DNA of 64,000 bases, from the NCBI GenBank assembly GCA_038827615.1, contig JAWBNK010000001.1, forward strand, positions 122,290-186,289, given 5' to 3'. A program made the translations under genes and the position numbers. Below are positions 17,980 through 26,833 of this stretch, piece by piece. The notes below the pieces were generated by a model. That model made no database searches. It saw only the letters and a program-made list of their open reading frames with translations, and was not told where the DNA came from. Source of the stretch: Thermosphaera sp. (GTDB lineage: Archaea; Thermoproteota; Thermoprotei_A; Sulfolobales; Desulfurococcaceae). Within the stretch, counting starts at the first letter, position 1; every line of letters begins with the position of its first letter.

Positions 17980-19068
17980 TTACCTGATTGGCGCCAATAT
18001 GTTGATTATCTTGTCCTTCGCCTTGGCAAAGGCTTCAGCCGGCGATGAAGCCTTGTCGAATGTGACTTGTTTCACGGGCTCTCCGCCGGGCTCCTCGAGA
18101 CCCTCGCCATTGTACGCGTAGATGTTCACTATGAGGTTGTTAATTATCTTCGACATTGCAACGGCTCTCTCATAAGTCTTCTTGATGTAATCCCTGCTTA
18201 ATCCAGGTGATACGTTGAACTCGACAGGCCCCCTGGAGAAGGCTACTACAATGCTCCTCACATCCCACTGCGGCATGTACCTGCTCCTCTTAGCGCCGAA
18301 TATCAATCCGTCCACAAGGGCTGTTAAAGCGTCGATGGCTGCCTCAACTCTTTTGACTCTTTGACCCTCCAGCTCTGGATCCAGGGTTTCGGAGTAGTTG
18401 AGCCTCGCTATGTCGGAGATTACTAGCTGTGTCGTCAGAGTATACAGCGCGCTCCCGCTTTCCACGTAGAATAGCGCCTGCTCGCCTCTCTTTGCCTGGG
18501 GCGTGTACCTCACGTGGAGCTGCGGTATTACGACAGCCCCGCCTTCTTGAACCGCGTCCAAGGATGGGAGGAGGTAGGAGAATCTGATGGCAGACGTGCG
18601 CTTTAACTGCTTGTCCGTGTACAAGAATCCTCCGACATCAGCTACAACGCTTGATTTAACAAAGAGCTTCTCCAACTCCCCGGGTTGTTCGATCTCCTTC
18701 AACTTGTTTTTAACCTCCTCGGGTTTCACGCCGAGCTTTCCCGCTATCTCGCTGTAGTAGCTCTGTATGATGTTGTCGTCCGAGAACTTCATGAAGTATC
18801 CTTCCAAATCCATTTTAGTCACTGGAAGCCCTCTCTGGTTTGCAATATGGGCGAGTACCTGCTGATATGCGTGGGCGAGGGATTCGCCGCTGACGGCGGG
18901 AACGTAGATCACCGAGTATCCCTTCTCGGTTTGAACGATGATAGGTGCTTTCCTGTGCCTCGTATAGTTTCCGACGCTCTCAGCCATGTTCAAGGCTTCA
19001 GCGTTGACGAGTATTCTCGCGGACACGCTTAAGTTGTAGATGATCGAGGGATGGACCATTCCAATCAC
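17980..19068 (-). CDS. cas7: Cas7 / Csa2 backbone subunit
   Basis: Csa2 signature LVNAEALNMAESVGNYTRHRK and VSGESLAHAYQQ. Confidence 0.9.
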   Translation of the reverse strand: MIGMVHPSIIYNLSVSARILVNAEALNMAESVGNYTRHRKAPIIVQTEKGYSVIYVPAVSGESLAHAYQQVLAHIANQRGLPVTKMDLEGYFMKFSDDNIIQSYYSEIAGKLGVKPEEVKNKLKEIEQPGELEKLFVKSSVVADVGGFLYTDKQLKRTSAIRFSYLLPSLDAVQEGGAVVIPQLHVRYTPQAKRGEQALFYVESGSALYTLTTQLVISDIARLNYSETLDPELEGQRVKRVEAAIDALTALVDGLIFGAKRSRYMPQWDVRSIVVAFSRGPVEFNVSPGLSRDYIKKTYERAVAMSKIINNLIVNIYAYNGEGLEEPGGEPVKQVTFDKASSPAEAFAKAKDKIINILAPIR

Positions 19069-19424
19069 CCTTGCCCGCCCGACTCCTCCCTGGCGATCAT
19101 GGAGGGTATTCGCGCATATGCCCTCATGGAGAGCTCCCTGGCCAGCTTAACGATCTCGGTCCGAGGCCTGTTCTGGAGCATGCTGGCAAGCATGTTTACA
19201 GCCCTCTCCAGCTCGGCATCCGTGATCGATGGGCACATCACTACTCTGCCTTCACCCAGGTCGACGGAGCCCGGCCCCTCCCTGCAGAGTGCTAAGTATG
19301 CTCTTATGGCATCTCTGATTGCCTCCATTATGGAGATCTCGTCGAGGGCGTTGCCCAGTCTGTCAATATAGCTGTAGTCTTTCTGGGCGCCTAGGAAGGC
19401 GAGTATTTCTATTATCTGATTCAT
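19065..19424 (-). CDS. csa5: Csa5 small subunit (Cas11a)
   Basis: 119-aa helical protein, first gene of the csa5-cas7-cas5 order typical of type I-A; 4-nt overlap with cas7. Confidence 0.6.
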   Translation of the reverse strand: MNQIIEILAFLGAQKDYSYIDRLGNALDEISIMEAIRDAIRAYLALCREGPGSVDLGEGRVVMCPSITDAELERAVNMLASMLQNRPRTEIVKLARELSMRAYARIPSMIAREESGGQG

Positions 19425-19550
19425 ACCTTACACCAATATATTATTTAGACCCGAAGGGATATATAAATTTTTCCTATCAAGAAATATTTCTTACCCCGAA
19501 ACGCAATTATTCATGAAACGATCATTAATTATGTTTCAAAACACGAAACA
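19425..19550 (-). promoter_or_regulatory. Promoter/operator region of the type I-A interference operon
   Basis: AT-rich; minus-strand TATA-like AAATTTATATAT and TAAATAATATATT upstream of the csa5 ATG; palindrome GAAATATTTC; four (C/T)GAAAC(G/A) motifs. Confidence 0.5.
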
Positions 19551-20186
19551 TTAGAGCAGATCATAGACCTCCTTGCATAAGAGGTAGACATCGCCTTCCC
19601 CACACACTATTCTGTTTGCCATCAGCTTCCGCAACCTCTTGAATACCGTAGACTTCGGTATCCCGGCTTGCCTAGCGAGCTCTGCAAGGCTTGCCCTCCC
19701 AAGCGTTCTCAGGCTCAAAACTATGTCCCTATCCCTATCATCCATGCTTAAAAGCTGTTTCAAAAGGCTTAGCTTCGGCTCCCAGGAGTGCTCGAAAGCC
19801 TCTCCCTCAACGGCTATCTGGATCCTCGACGACTCGTCCTCGCCGAGCATTAGCGCCGCCACCAGGGCTGAGACCACGAGGATTCTAGGCCCCCCGGTGA
19901 GATAGAGGTCCACGGGCCCTTTCTGGGAGGCATTCTTCAGTATCGTGTAAACGGCTCTTATGATGCCGCTGGCTTCAAGGCCCTCCAGGGTGCAATCGAT
20001 CCTCATTGAGATGCAGATAGCTTTCAAGGCGTGGAAGGCTTTAGCAACCCTCTCCTCACCCTCTCTCGTCTTAAGCGATAGTAGCCTGACCTGGCTGTAC
20101 CTCCTAGCCGTTATCCTCCTCACGACAAAGTCTATGTCAAAGCCGAAGGTTGCCACGAGGGTTCTAGCCTCTACCTCCTCCGACAT
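19551..20186 (-). CDS. csa3: Csa3-type CARF + wHTH transcriptional regulator
   Basis: N-terminal CARF-like LVATFGFDIDFVVR; C-terminal wHTH ASLAELARQAGIPKSTVFKRLRKLMANRIV. Confidence 0.75.
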   Translation of the reverse strand: MSEEVEARTLVATFGFDIDFVVRRITARRYSQVRLLSLKTREGEERVAKAFHALKAICISMRIDCTLEGLEASGIIRAVYTILKNASQKGPVDLYLTGGPRILVVSALVAALMLGEDESSRIQIAVEGEAFEHSWEPKLSLLKQLLSMDDRDRDIVLSLRTLGRASLAELARQAGIPKSTVFKRLRKLMANRIVCGEGDVYLLCKEVYDLL

Positions 20187-20240
20187 CTCCCTAACCCAGA
20201 GATATATATTTGTATGAAGGAGTTATTAACAGTGAAGGAT

Positions 20241-20864
20241 ATGCGGGTTTTCCTTTTCCCGCTCGGATTCCATGAAGATCCCGCGATACGGGTGCTAGTG
20301 GAGTTCAAGAGTAATGTTGAAGACGAGGCACACGCTTTCACTTGCCAACCCCTGTCTCCCGGGTCGAAACGCGCCTTCGAGTCCCTCAAGGCCTTCTCAT
20401 CTTCTCAAAGGTTTCCAGACCCCGCACTGGTGCTGGTCAACTGCTCCAGCTTCTATGAGAGTTTCAAAGTGGTCAGAGGGATTGTGGAGCCCAGGGACGC
20501 CTTGTTCATAGTGGAAGTCGGCATGGGGCCGAGGATCATAAGCCACGCGATTATCCAAGCCTTGATCTACTCGAACAAGGATTTCATGATCCACTACGAG
20601 CCTGAGACGGGCGTCGACTCCCCCATAACAGTTGATCACAGATTTCTCAAAATATTGCGTGAAGGCTTGTCTTCCTCCGAGCTGAGGCTTCTCGAGGCCC
20701 TCTCCCATGGAGAAGCCTCCATGCCTGAGCTAGCCGGGGTCCTAGGGGTCTCGGAGAAGACCGTAAGGAATATTGTATCTCGCCTCAGAGCCAAAGGATT
20801 GATCGCTAAGATAGGTAAGAGGGAGAGGGTTGTTTTGACCGAGGCTGGGAGGGCTCTCGTCTAG
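20241..20864 (+). CDS. csa3: Second Csa3-like CARF + wHTH regulator, divergent from the first
   Basis: MRVFLFPLGFHEDPAIRVL (CARF N-terminus); wHTH ASMPELAGVLGVSEKTVRNIVSRLRAKGLI; ORF track start at 20214 is 9 codons upstream. Confidence 0.7.
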   Translation: MRVFLFPLGFHEDPAIRVLVEFKSNVEDEAHAFTCQPLSPGSKRAFESLKAFSSSQRFPDPALVLVNCSSFYESFKVVRGIVEPRDALFIVEVGMGPRIISHAIIQALIYSNKDFMIHYEPETGVDSPITVDHRFLKILREGLSSSELRLLEALSHGEASMPELAGVLGVSEKTVRNIVSRLRAKGLIAKIGKRERVVLTEAGRALV

Positions 20865-21379
20865 CCGTAGGGGCAGAACCTCCTGTACCAGCACCACTTA
20901 CACCTCGAGTGCTCCGGGATGGTTGGAGGAGGCCTGTCCCTCGCCTCCTGCACTTTAACTCTTCTGAAGTGTTCTTTTGCCCCGTCCATTGCATCGTCGG
21001 ATAACTCCAGCTCCCTTAGGGAGCCCGCAATCTCCAGGGCCATGGTTCTTAATCCTTTGATCCTTCTCGAAGCTATGTAAGATGTAACGGCTAGTTGAGC
21101 CACGTATCTGTGAAGGCTTCTCGTGGGAAACTTCTTCCTCTCAATGATCGTGAGGTGTTTTCCCCGCTTAACGATTTCATCAACCAACGTCACCATTCCG
21201 TTTGAGGAGAGCTTCAACTGCCCCTTCCCATCTGAGACTTTTACGTTTCTGCCCTCCTTCATGGAGTCGGTGGCGGGTTCGACCACGTTATACTTAAGTC
21301 TTATCCAAGCGATGATGGGACAGTAGATGAAGTCTTTAACCATGGAGGGGGAAACCGACTGCTCGGGCTGGTAGGGCAT
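20861..21379 (-). CDS. cas4: Cas4 RecB-like Fe-S nuclease
   Basis: N-terminal Cys (FIYCPIIAW), ExK-type core (TIIERKK), C-terminal CKWCWYRRFC cluster. Confidence 0.85.
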   Translation of the reverse strand: MPYQPEQSVSPSMVKDFIYCPIIAWIRLKYNVVEPATDSMKEGRNVKVSDGKGQLKLSSNGMVTLVDEIVKRGKHLTIIERKKFPTRSLHRYVAQLAVTSYIASRRIKGLRTMALEIAGSLRELELSDDAMDGAKEHFRRVKVQEARDRPPPTIPEHSRCKWCWYRRFCPYG

Positions 21380-21666
21380 TATATCACTGTGTAAGTTTTG
21401 GTCGAGGATGTTATGTCGCTCAGAGGCTTTCCCCAGTGCTTCATGTACTTTACAGAGTACTCGAGCAACGGTATTAGGTGTATTACGTCCGAGTCGCAGG
21501 CGACGTACTTGGGTAGGATTCTCTCAACGTCCTTCACTGCCGTGGGCAGGAGCCTACCTATGAAGACGCTTTTCTGCACTCTCGAGAGCCCTCTGTCCAA
21601 CAGGTAGTTGCTTAGCTTCAGCCTCACGTTATTGTCTGATATGTCGTAGACTATCAACACTATCAT
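21379..21666 (-). CDS. cas2: Cas2
   Basis: MIVLIVYDISDNNVRLKLSNYLLDRGLSRVQKSVFIG ferredoxin-fold signature; start taken at the internal Met (ORF track 21687). Confidence 0.9.
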   Translation of the reverse strand: MIVLIVYDISDNNVRLKLSNYLLDRGLSRVQKSVFIGRLLPTAVKDVERILPKYVACDSDVIHLIPLLEYSVKYMKHWGKPLSDITSSTKTYTVI

Positions 21667-21670
21667 TTCA

Positions 21671-22660
21671 TCACCAGTTGTGGACATATGCCCTGAACAC
21701 AGCCTCGCCTCTCACGGCGGCGGCGAGGTTGAACGCGCTCCTCCTCAGCACTTGCCTGAGGGTTGCCGGGGCCTCGCCCAGCCACTTCGTCTTGGTCTCG
21801 TCGAGGGTTGCGTTGAATGAGGTTATAAGCTTCACCCTGGACTCATAGTCTAGGAGGCCGTTGACTACCCTGGGGATCCAGCCGTGCCTCAGTATTGACA
21901 GGAGGGTCATGTCCGCTGTGAACCTGAACTGCTCTATGTAGTCGAAGACTAGTGTTGGATTCCCTGATCTATCGGCGTGGAGGTATCCTAGGTAGGGGTC
22001 GAGCCCTGCGAGGACGAGGGCTTTCCACGACTCCGAGTAGAGTATTCCGTACAGATAGTTTAGCGACATGTTTACGGGGTCCTGAGCGTCCTGGTCCCTG
22101 CTGTTGAACCCGAGGCTTTTGGGAACTAGCTTCGCATATGAGGACCAGTATGTTCTCGCCGCTTCTGCTTCTATCTCGACTATCTTGGCCTTAGGGTTGT
22201 CGGCGCCCAGGAGTGCTGCATCTATTCTTGAGGCGTGTCTGGCTACTTCTTCTGCAGCGTTTTTAAGCTCTTGGTCTCTCGTGTAAGTGTAGTACCTCTT
22301 GAGTAAGCCGGCTTGATTCAATATCTTGGCTTTCACTATTTCTGCAGCTATGTCGAGGCTTTTCCCCTTTACCGCTGTCTCGTACTGTTTTCTCCTCGTC
22401 TCTACTGTTTTATTGATGTATACTGGGTAGACTCTCCCCGATGGGTATCCCTTGCTGTCGAGGAAGACTAGGTCTATTCCGTGGTCGAGTATTTTTCTAA
22501 CTGTTTTACTCGATATCGAGACTCCTGATGAGGCTATTATGACTTGCTCGACCTCGTGGATTGGTATGTTGTTTTTCTCGCCGTTTTTCTTCTCCACTAC
22601 TATTTGGTTCCTCCTCGTCCTCAATCTAGCGCCGTATTCGGCTACTATTAGCTGCTTCAT
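21671..22660 (-). CDS. cas1: Cas1 integrase
   Basis: MKQLIVAEYGARLRTRRNQIVV N-terminus; conserved LNYLYGILYSE and YLHADRSGNPTLVFDYIEQFR. ATG at 22658-22660 shares 1 nt with the csa1 stop (TGATG). Confidence 0.9.
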   Translation of the reverse strand: MKQLIVAEYGARLRTRRNQIVVEKKNGEKNNIPIHEVEQVIIASSGVSISSKTVRKILDHGIDLVFLDSKGYPSGRVYPVYINKTVETRRKQYETAVKGKSLDIAAEIVKAKILNQAGLLKRYYTYTRDQELKNAAEEVARHASRIDAALLGADNPKAKIVEIEAEAARTYWSSYAKLVPKSLGFNSRDQDAQDPVNMSLNYLYGILYSESWKALVLAGLDPYLGYLHADRSGNPTLVFDYIEQFRFTADMTLLSILRHGWIPRVVNGLLDYESRVKLITSFNATLDETKTKWLGEAPATLRQVLRRSAFNLAAAVRGEAVFRAYVHNW

Positions 22661-23502
22661 CACGTGCACACCGTTGCGAGCGGGCATGACTCGGGGCATT
22701 TCACGTCTCTCGGCGGCTCTCTGTCTTCGAGGAGCATGTCTATTATCTCGTCTCTTTCCTCTATGAACCATCTTCTCAGGTCGTTTGAGATGTATACTGG
22801 TTTGAGCGTTGTTTTTAAACCGCTGGTGTTTGAGACGTATATTAGTATTCCGTAGTCGTGGGGCGTCTCAGTGTACGCTTTTAGCGCGAGGGCGTATCCG
22901 GCGATGGTTAGCTTGTGGAAGTCTCTGGGCTGCCCGTACTTCATGTCGACGATTACGTTTTCAAAGAGTATGTCTACGGAGAGGTTTTGTGAAAGCCCTA
23001 ATGGGGTTCCGTCGACCTTGTACTCGGTCATGGTTGGTGCCTGTGCGGAGCCGTTTACTACTTGCTCGTACTGCGCCTCCCCGAGTGTGGTGAGCAGGGT
23101 AGTCTTGTATGCCTCCTCAACCGTTTTCGCGTGCGCTGGGTCTGGGTTTAAGATCCGCCACTTGTTCTGGAGGATAATATAAGCTGTTGTCGGGGGAATG
23201 TCGTTGGCGAGTGCTCTAGCGGCCTCCCTTAAGGCGAGGCTGACCGCGTCGTGAATAAACCTCCCTGTGAGCAACGGGTCACTCGCCTCTGCTCTCGCGC
23301 CAACTTTCCTCCTCAACCAGACATCTCTTCTCGTCGGGCAATACTTGGAGGCTACTTCGCTGACTCCGAGGCCGAGGTAGGCCCTAGGCTTTAGAGGCGG
23401 CCGATCCCAGCTCCACCCCCTCAGCTCAGCGTCAACCGGGTCATTCCTAGCCCACTCGTAGAGCCTCCTAATGCTCCTCAACACATGCCTCCTCGCTATC
23501 AT
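22660..23502 (-). CDS. csa1: Csa1 (Cas4-like nuclease of type I-A adaptation modules)
   Basis: N-terminal Cys (KYCPTRRD), VIVDMKYG nuclease core, C-terminal CPESCPLATVC cluster; first gene of csa1-cas1-cas2-cas4. Confidence 0.75.
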   Translation of the reverse strand: MIARRHVLRSIRRLYEWARNDPVDAELRGWSWDRPPLKPRAYLGLGVSEVASKYCPTRRDVWLRRKVGARAEASDPLLTGRFIHDAVSLALREAARALANDIPPTTAYIILQNKWRILNPDPAHAKTVEEAYKTTLLTTLGEAQYEQVVNGSAQAPTMTEYKVDGTPLGLSQNLSVDILFENVIVDMKYGQPRDFHKLTIAGYALALKAYTETPHDYGILIYVSNTSGLKTTLKPVYISNDLRRWFIEERDEIIDMLLEDREPPRDVKCPESCPLATVCT

Positions 23503-23840
23503 GATTCCACCGCTATCCCACTTCTACTTAAATCCTAATAAACCGCCCCCATCATGACAACCCCCGTTTTCCCGGGAAACCCCGGGAAAAAGCCGCCGCC
23601 GCGTCGAGGAACGAAGTGATCACTTCTCGTCACGGAAACGAACACAGTTCAGAAAACACGCAGAGTGCCGCGGATAAACATTATGCAAAATCCCGGGGAG
23701 CCCCGGGAAAACCCCCGGGTCCGCGGCGCGGACCCGGGTGATCAACCCCTCATCAACCCCATGGACCCGGGCCCACAGAGGAGGCAGGGGAAAGACTTAA
23801 ATAGAGGAAAACAAAATAAACAAATCAAAAACCAAAAACA
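23503..23840 (+). promoter_or_regulatory. CRISPR leader plus divergent csa1 promoter region
   Basis: Lies between the csa1 start and the first repeat. TATA-like TTAAATA at 23797-23803, about 38 nt before repeat 1, followed by an A-rich tract. Seven CCCGGG palindromes and two longer palindromes. Confidence 0.7.
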
Positions 23841-26661
23841 GAAACAATAGAGAAAAATTGAAAGCATTTCGCCGTCTACGACGCCTATTTCAACAGCTGT
23901 TGTGAAACAATAGAGAAAAATTGAAAGTTATACAAAACACCTGACCCCAGCTTGAAGCATATATTAACCTGAAACAATAGAGAAAAATTGAAAGGCCAAA
24001 CACGCTGACAAGCAATATGCCCGCGGTGTTCACTTGCGAAACAATAGAGAAAAATTGAAAGTAGACCGTGAGGAGATCTATAGCAGGACAGACAGGTATA
24101 TGAAACAATAGAGAAAAATTGAAAGCTTATATATTTTGTGGTTACAGTGAGTGAGGATCCTAAGGAAACAATAGAGAAAAATTGAAAGTTCATCTTGCTG
24201 TTGCTGTTCGGTTGGCGACCCGACGATGTGGAAACAATAGAGAAAAATTGAAAGCATCGCACGTATATTTCAAGATTTTAGACGACGCATCATAGGAAAC
24301 AATAGAGAAAAATTGAAAGTAGGGATTGTCCCGCCTTTGTCTTCATAATACTGATACAGGAAACAATAGAGAAAAATTGAAAGTGAAAAACGAAATAGAG
24401 GCTCCAGGATTCTACCTTGTAGACGAAACAATAGAGAAAAATTGAAAGTCTTTATCAAAAACATTTTTGATGAAGGTGCCAGGCCTTGGAAACAATAGAG
24501 AAAAATTGAAAGGCCTGGGGACGGTGTCAATACTGGCCCCGGTTTTTTCGTGGGAAACAATAGAGAAAAATTGAAAGAAGTGGAAAGGGGAACCACGGCA
24601 CGCCTTACAACGGCACGGGAAACAATAGAGAAAAATTGAAAGTTTCAACGCGTAGAATATTGGCACAAGTATGAACATTAACGAAACAATAGAGAAAAAT
24701 TGAAAGAGCTATAGTTTACAAAAACCCTTAAATTAACCTTTTTGTATGAAACAATAGAGAAAAATTGAAAGTGTCATCGAGTTCTATGTACAATATCACG
24801 CCTGACCTCAGAAACAATAGAGAAAAATTGAAAGATCTTTTTTTCCATCTTTACCCCCATATAACATACTGTAAAGAAACAATAGAGAAAAATTGAAAGG
24901 TAGCGACCCATCGAGAATTGAAATACTCTTATTTTGAAGAAACAATAGAGAAAAATTGAAAGCTAGCCCCGCTTGGTTAGAATTGTAACCCGAAGTGTCG
25001 AGAAACAATAGAGAAAAATTGAAAGTCTTATAGCTGTATACAATTGCCGAGAGCCGTGTGGCAAGCGAAACAATAGAGAAAAATTGAAAGTCTATTCTGT
25101 TTATATCATACACGTTTACATAAACTTCTTCGAAACAATAGAGAAAAATTGAAAGTGATCATTTTAAGATAGTATCTCAGCGCGTCGCGTATTATCTGAA
25201 ACAATAGAGAAAAATTGAAAGCGCCACACCGCACCGCACCGCGGGACCGCAAGGCTTATGAAACAATAGAGAAAAATTGAAAGTTAAAGATGTATAAAGA
25301 TGTATATGTTGCAAGCGTTGGAGTCGGAAACAATAGAGAAAAATTGAAAGAAATAACTCTTTTGATCAAAAAAATGTTCAAGGAAAAGGTGAAACAATAG
25401 AGAAAAATTGAAAGTATTGAACTCCTCGTGGCTTGGAAATATATTGTGCTTAAGGGAAACAATAGAGAAAAATTGAAAGTCTAGTGCCCTAACCCGCCTG
25501 ATCACATTTTCAATCTTTTGAAACAATAGAGAAAAATTGAAAGCTATTAAATAATTGTGGTGAGACAGATGTCTGGCTCGTATATGGAAACAATAGAGAA
25601 AAATTGAAAGTTACTTCTTCAGTTAGTTGTGGTGAATGCATGAAGTGCGCGAAACAATAGAGAAAAATTGAAAGTTAAGAACATATATAAAGCGAGCATT
25701 ACGAAGCCAGCGATCAAGAAACAATAGAGAAAAATTGAAAGGCTGTTTTAAATGCTCATATTCTCTCATCATTAGATCTCTTATTTTGAAACAATAGAGA
25801 AAAATTGAAAGTGAATCATTGATCTTCGCGGCCAGGCCGTACTCCTCCAGCTTGAAACAATAGAGAAAAATTGAAAGATAGGGCTCTACTAGAGCAGGGC
25901 TATAACGTGCTGTTTATGAAACAATAGAGAAAAATTGAAAGCGCTGATATTCCGCAACACCTGCGCAGTTCTTCTAATAAATGAAACAATAGAGAAAAAT
26001 TGAAAGAGACGCTGCCTGGGTCTCGTATAAGCCCCCGTACTGGGCGAGAAACAATAGAGAAAAATTGAAAGTTTTACATATATAATAGATGGGGCGAATC
26101 CCCTATGGCCAGAACCGAAACAATAGAGAAAAATTGAAAGCTTGTTTCAGCCCACTGCCTCAGTGCTTCACCATACTGGAAGAAACAATAGAGAAAAATT
26201 GAAAGACACTTGTGCTGTGAACCACCGTAACTTCTCCTGAGATAAGGAAACAATAGAGAAAAATTGAAAGTCTTTTATTACAGTGAATTTTACGCTCTCC
26301 CCGTATTGGGTTGAAACAATAGAGAAAAATTGAAAGCGATGGAGCGTGAAGGATTCAAGAAAATGCTTGAGGCATGAAACAATAGAGAAAAATTGAAAGT
26401 GAATGATGAATGTATAAACGTTATTAAAATAGACATCGAGAAACAATAGAGAAAAATTGAAAGCTGTTTCATCCATGCAGTTTCACCTTTTACAATATTA
26501 TAAGGAAAGAATAGAGAAAAATTGAAAGAATAAGCAGTATTATATAGTTTTACATTGTTTTTTACGTAAACGGAAACAATAGAGAAAAATTGAAAGCGGC
26601 ATATGCCCGTACTGGAAAATCACGGCAAAGGGGCGAGGAAACAATAGAGAAAAATTGAAAG
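23841..26661 (+). CRISPR. CRISPR array: 44 copies of the 24-nt repeat GAAACAATAGAGAAAAATTGAAAG, 43 spacers of 38-46 nt
   Basis: Repeats located individually (periods 62-70 nt). The repeat ends in ATTGAAAG, the 8-nt 5' handle known from crenarchaeal type I-A/III crRNAs, so transcription is on the + strand from the cas-proximal leader. The only variant repeat (C5>G, 26505-26528) is third from the distal end. Confidence 0.97.
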
Positions 26662-26833
26662 TTAAGGGGTTGGATACTTTTTCATATGAGTATGTATAGT
26701 GTGTTTTGGGTTGATTCGGGTGTTTTTAAGGAGGTAGTGGTGGGGGTTGTTTGGGGGATGATTGTGGTTTTGTTGTTTTGAGAGGTGTATTTTTAACCCT
26801 GCTCTTCCATAGGTTTTTGTGAAGGTGTGTTGT

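Noticed and set aside
22661-22771. 37-codon Arg-rich N-terminal extension of Cas1 in the ORF track
   Set aside because: It overlaps the csa1 coding end. The Met at 22660 gives the canonical Cas1 N-terminus MKQLIV... and a TGATG stop/start junction.
23665-23850. 61-aa + strand ORF in the CRISPR leader
   Set aside because: It is low-complexity (Pro/Gly/Arg, then Lys/Gln from the A-rich tract) and runs into repeat 1, and it lies in a regulatory region with palindromes. This is a chance ORF.
23885-26476. Many minus-strand ORFs of 60-125 aa in the ORF track (e.g. 23885-24262, 24270-24596, 24808-25113, 26168-26476), with recurring FQFFSIVS / FNFSLLF / SIFLYCF peptides
   Set aside because: They are translations of the CRISPR repeat in three frames across the array. 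The periodic identical peptides are an artefact of the repeats, not genes.
26662-26818. The G/T-rich (minus strand C/A-rich) 157 bp after the last repeat might be a second leader, implying the opposite array orientation
   Set aside because: The repeat ends in ATTGAAAG only on the + strand. The single degenerate repeat lies at this distal end, and the cas adaptation genes plus a TATA box lie at the other end. The region is more simply the trailer plus the promoter of the surface-protein gene. The overlapping minus ORF 26662-26985 is judged spurious.
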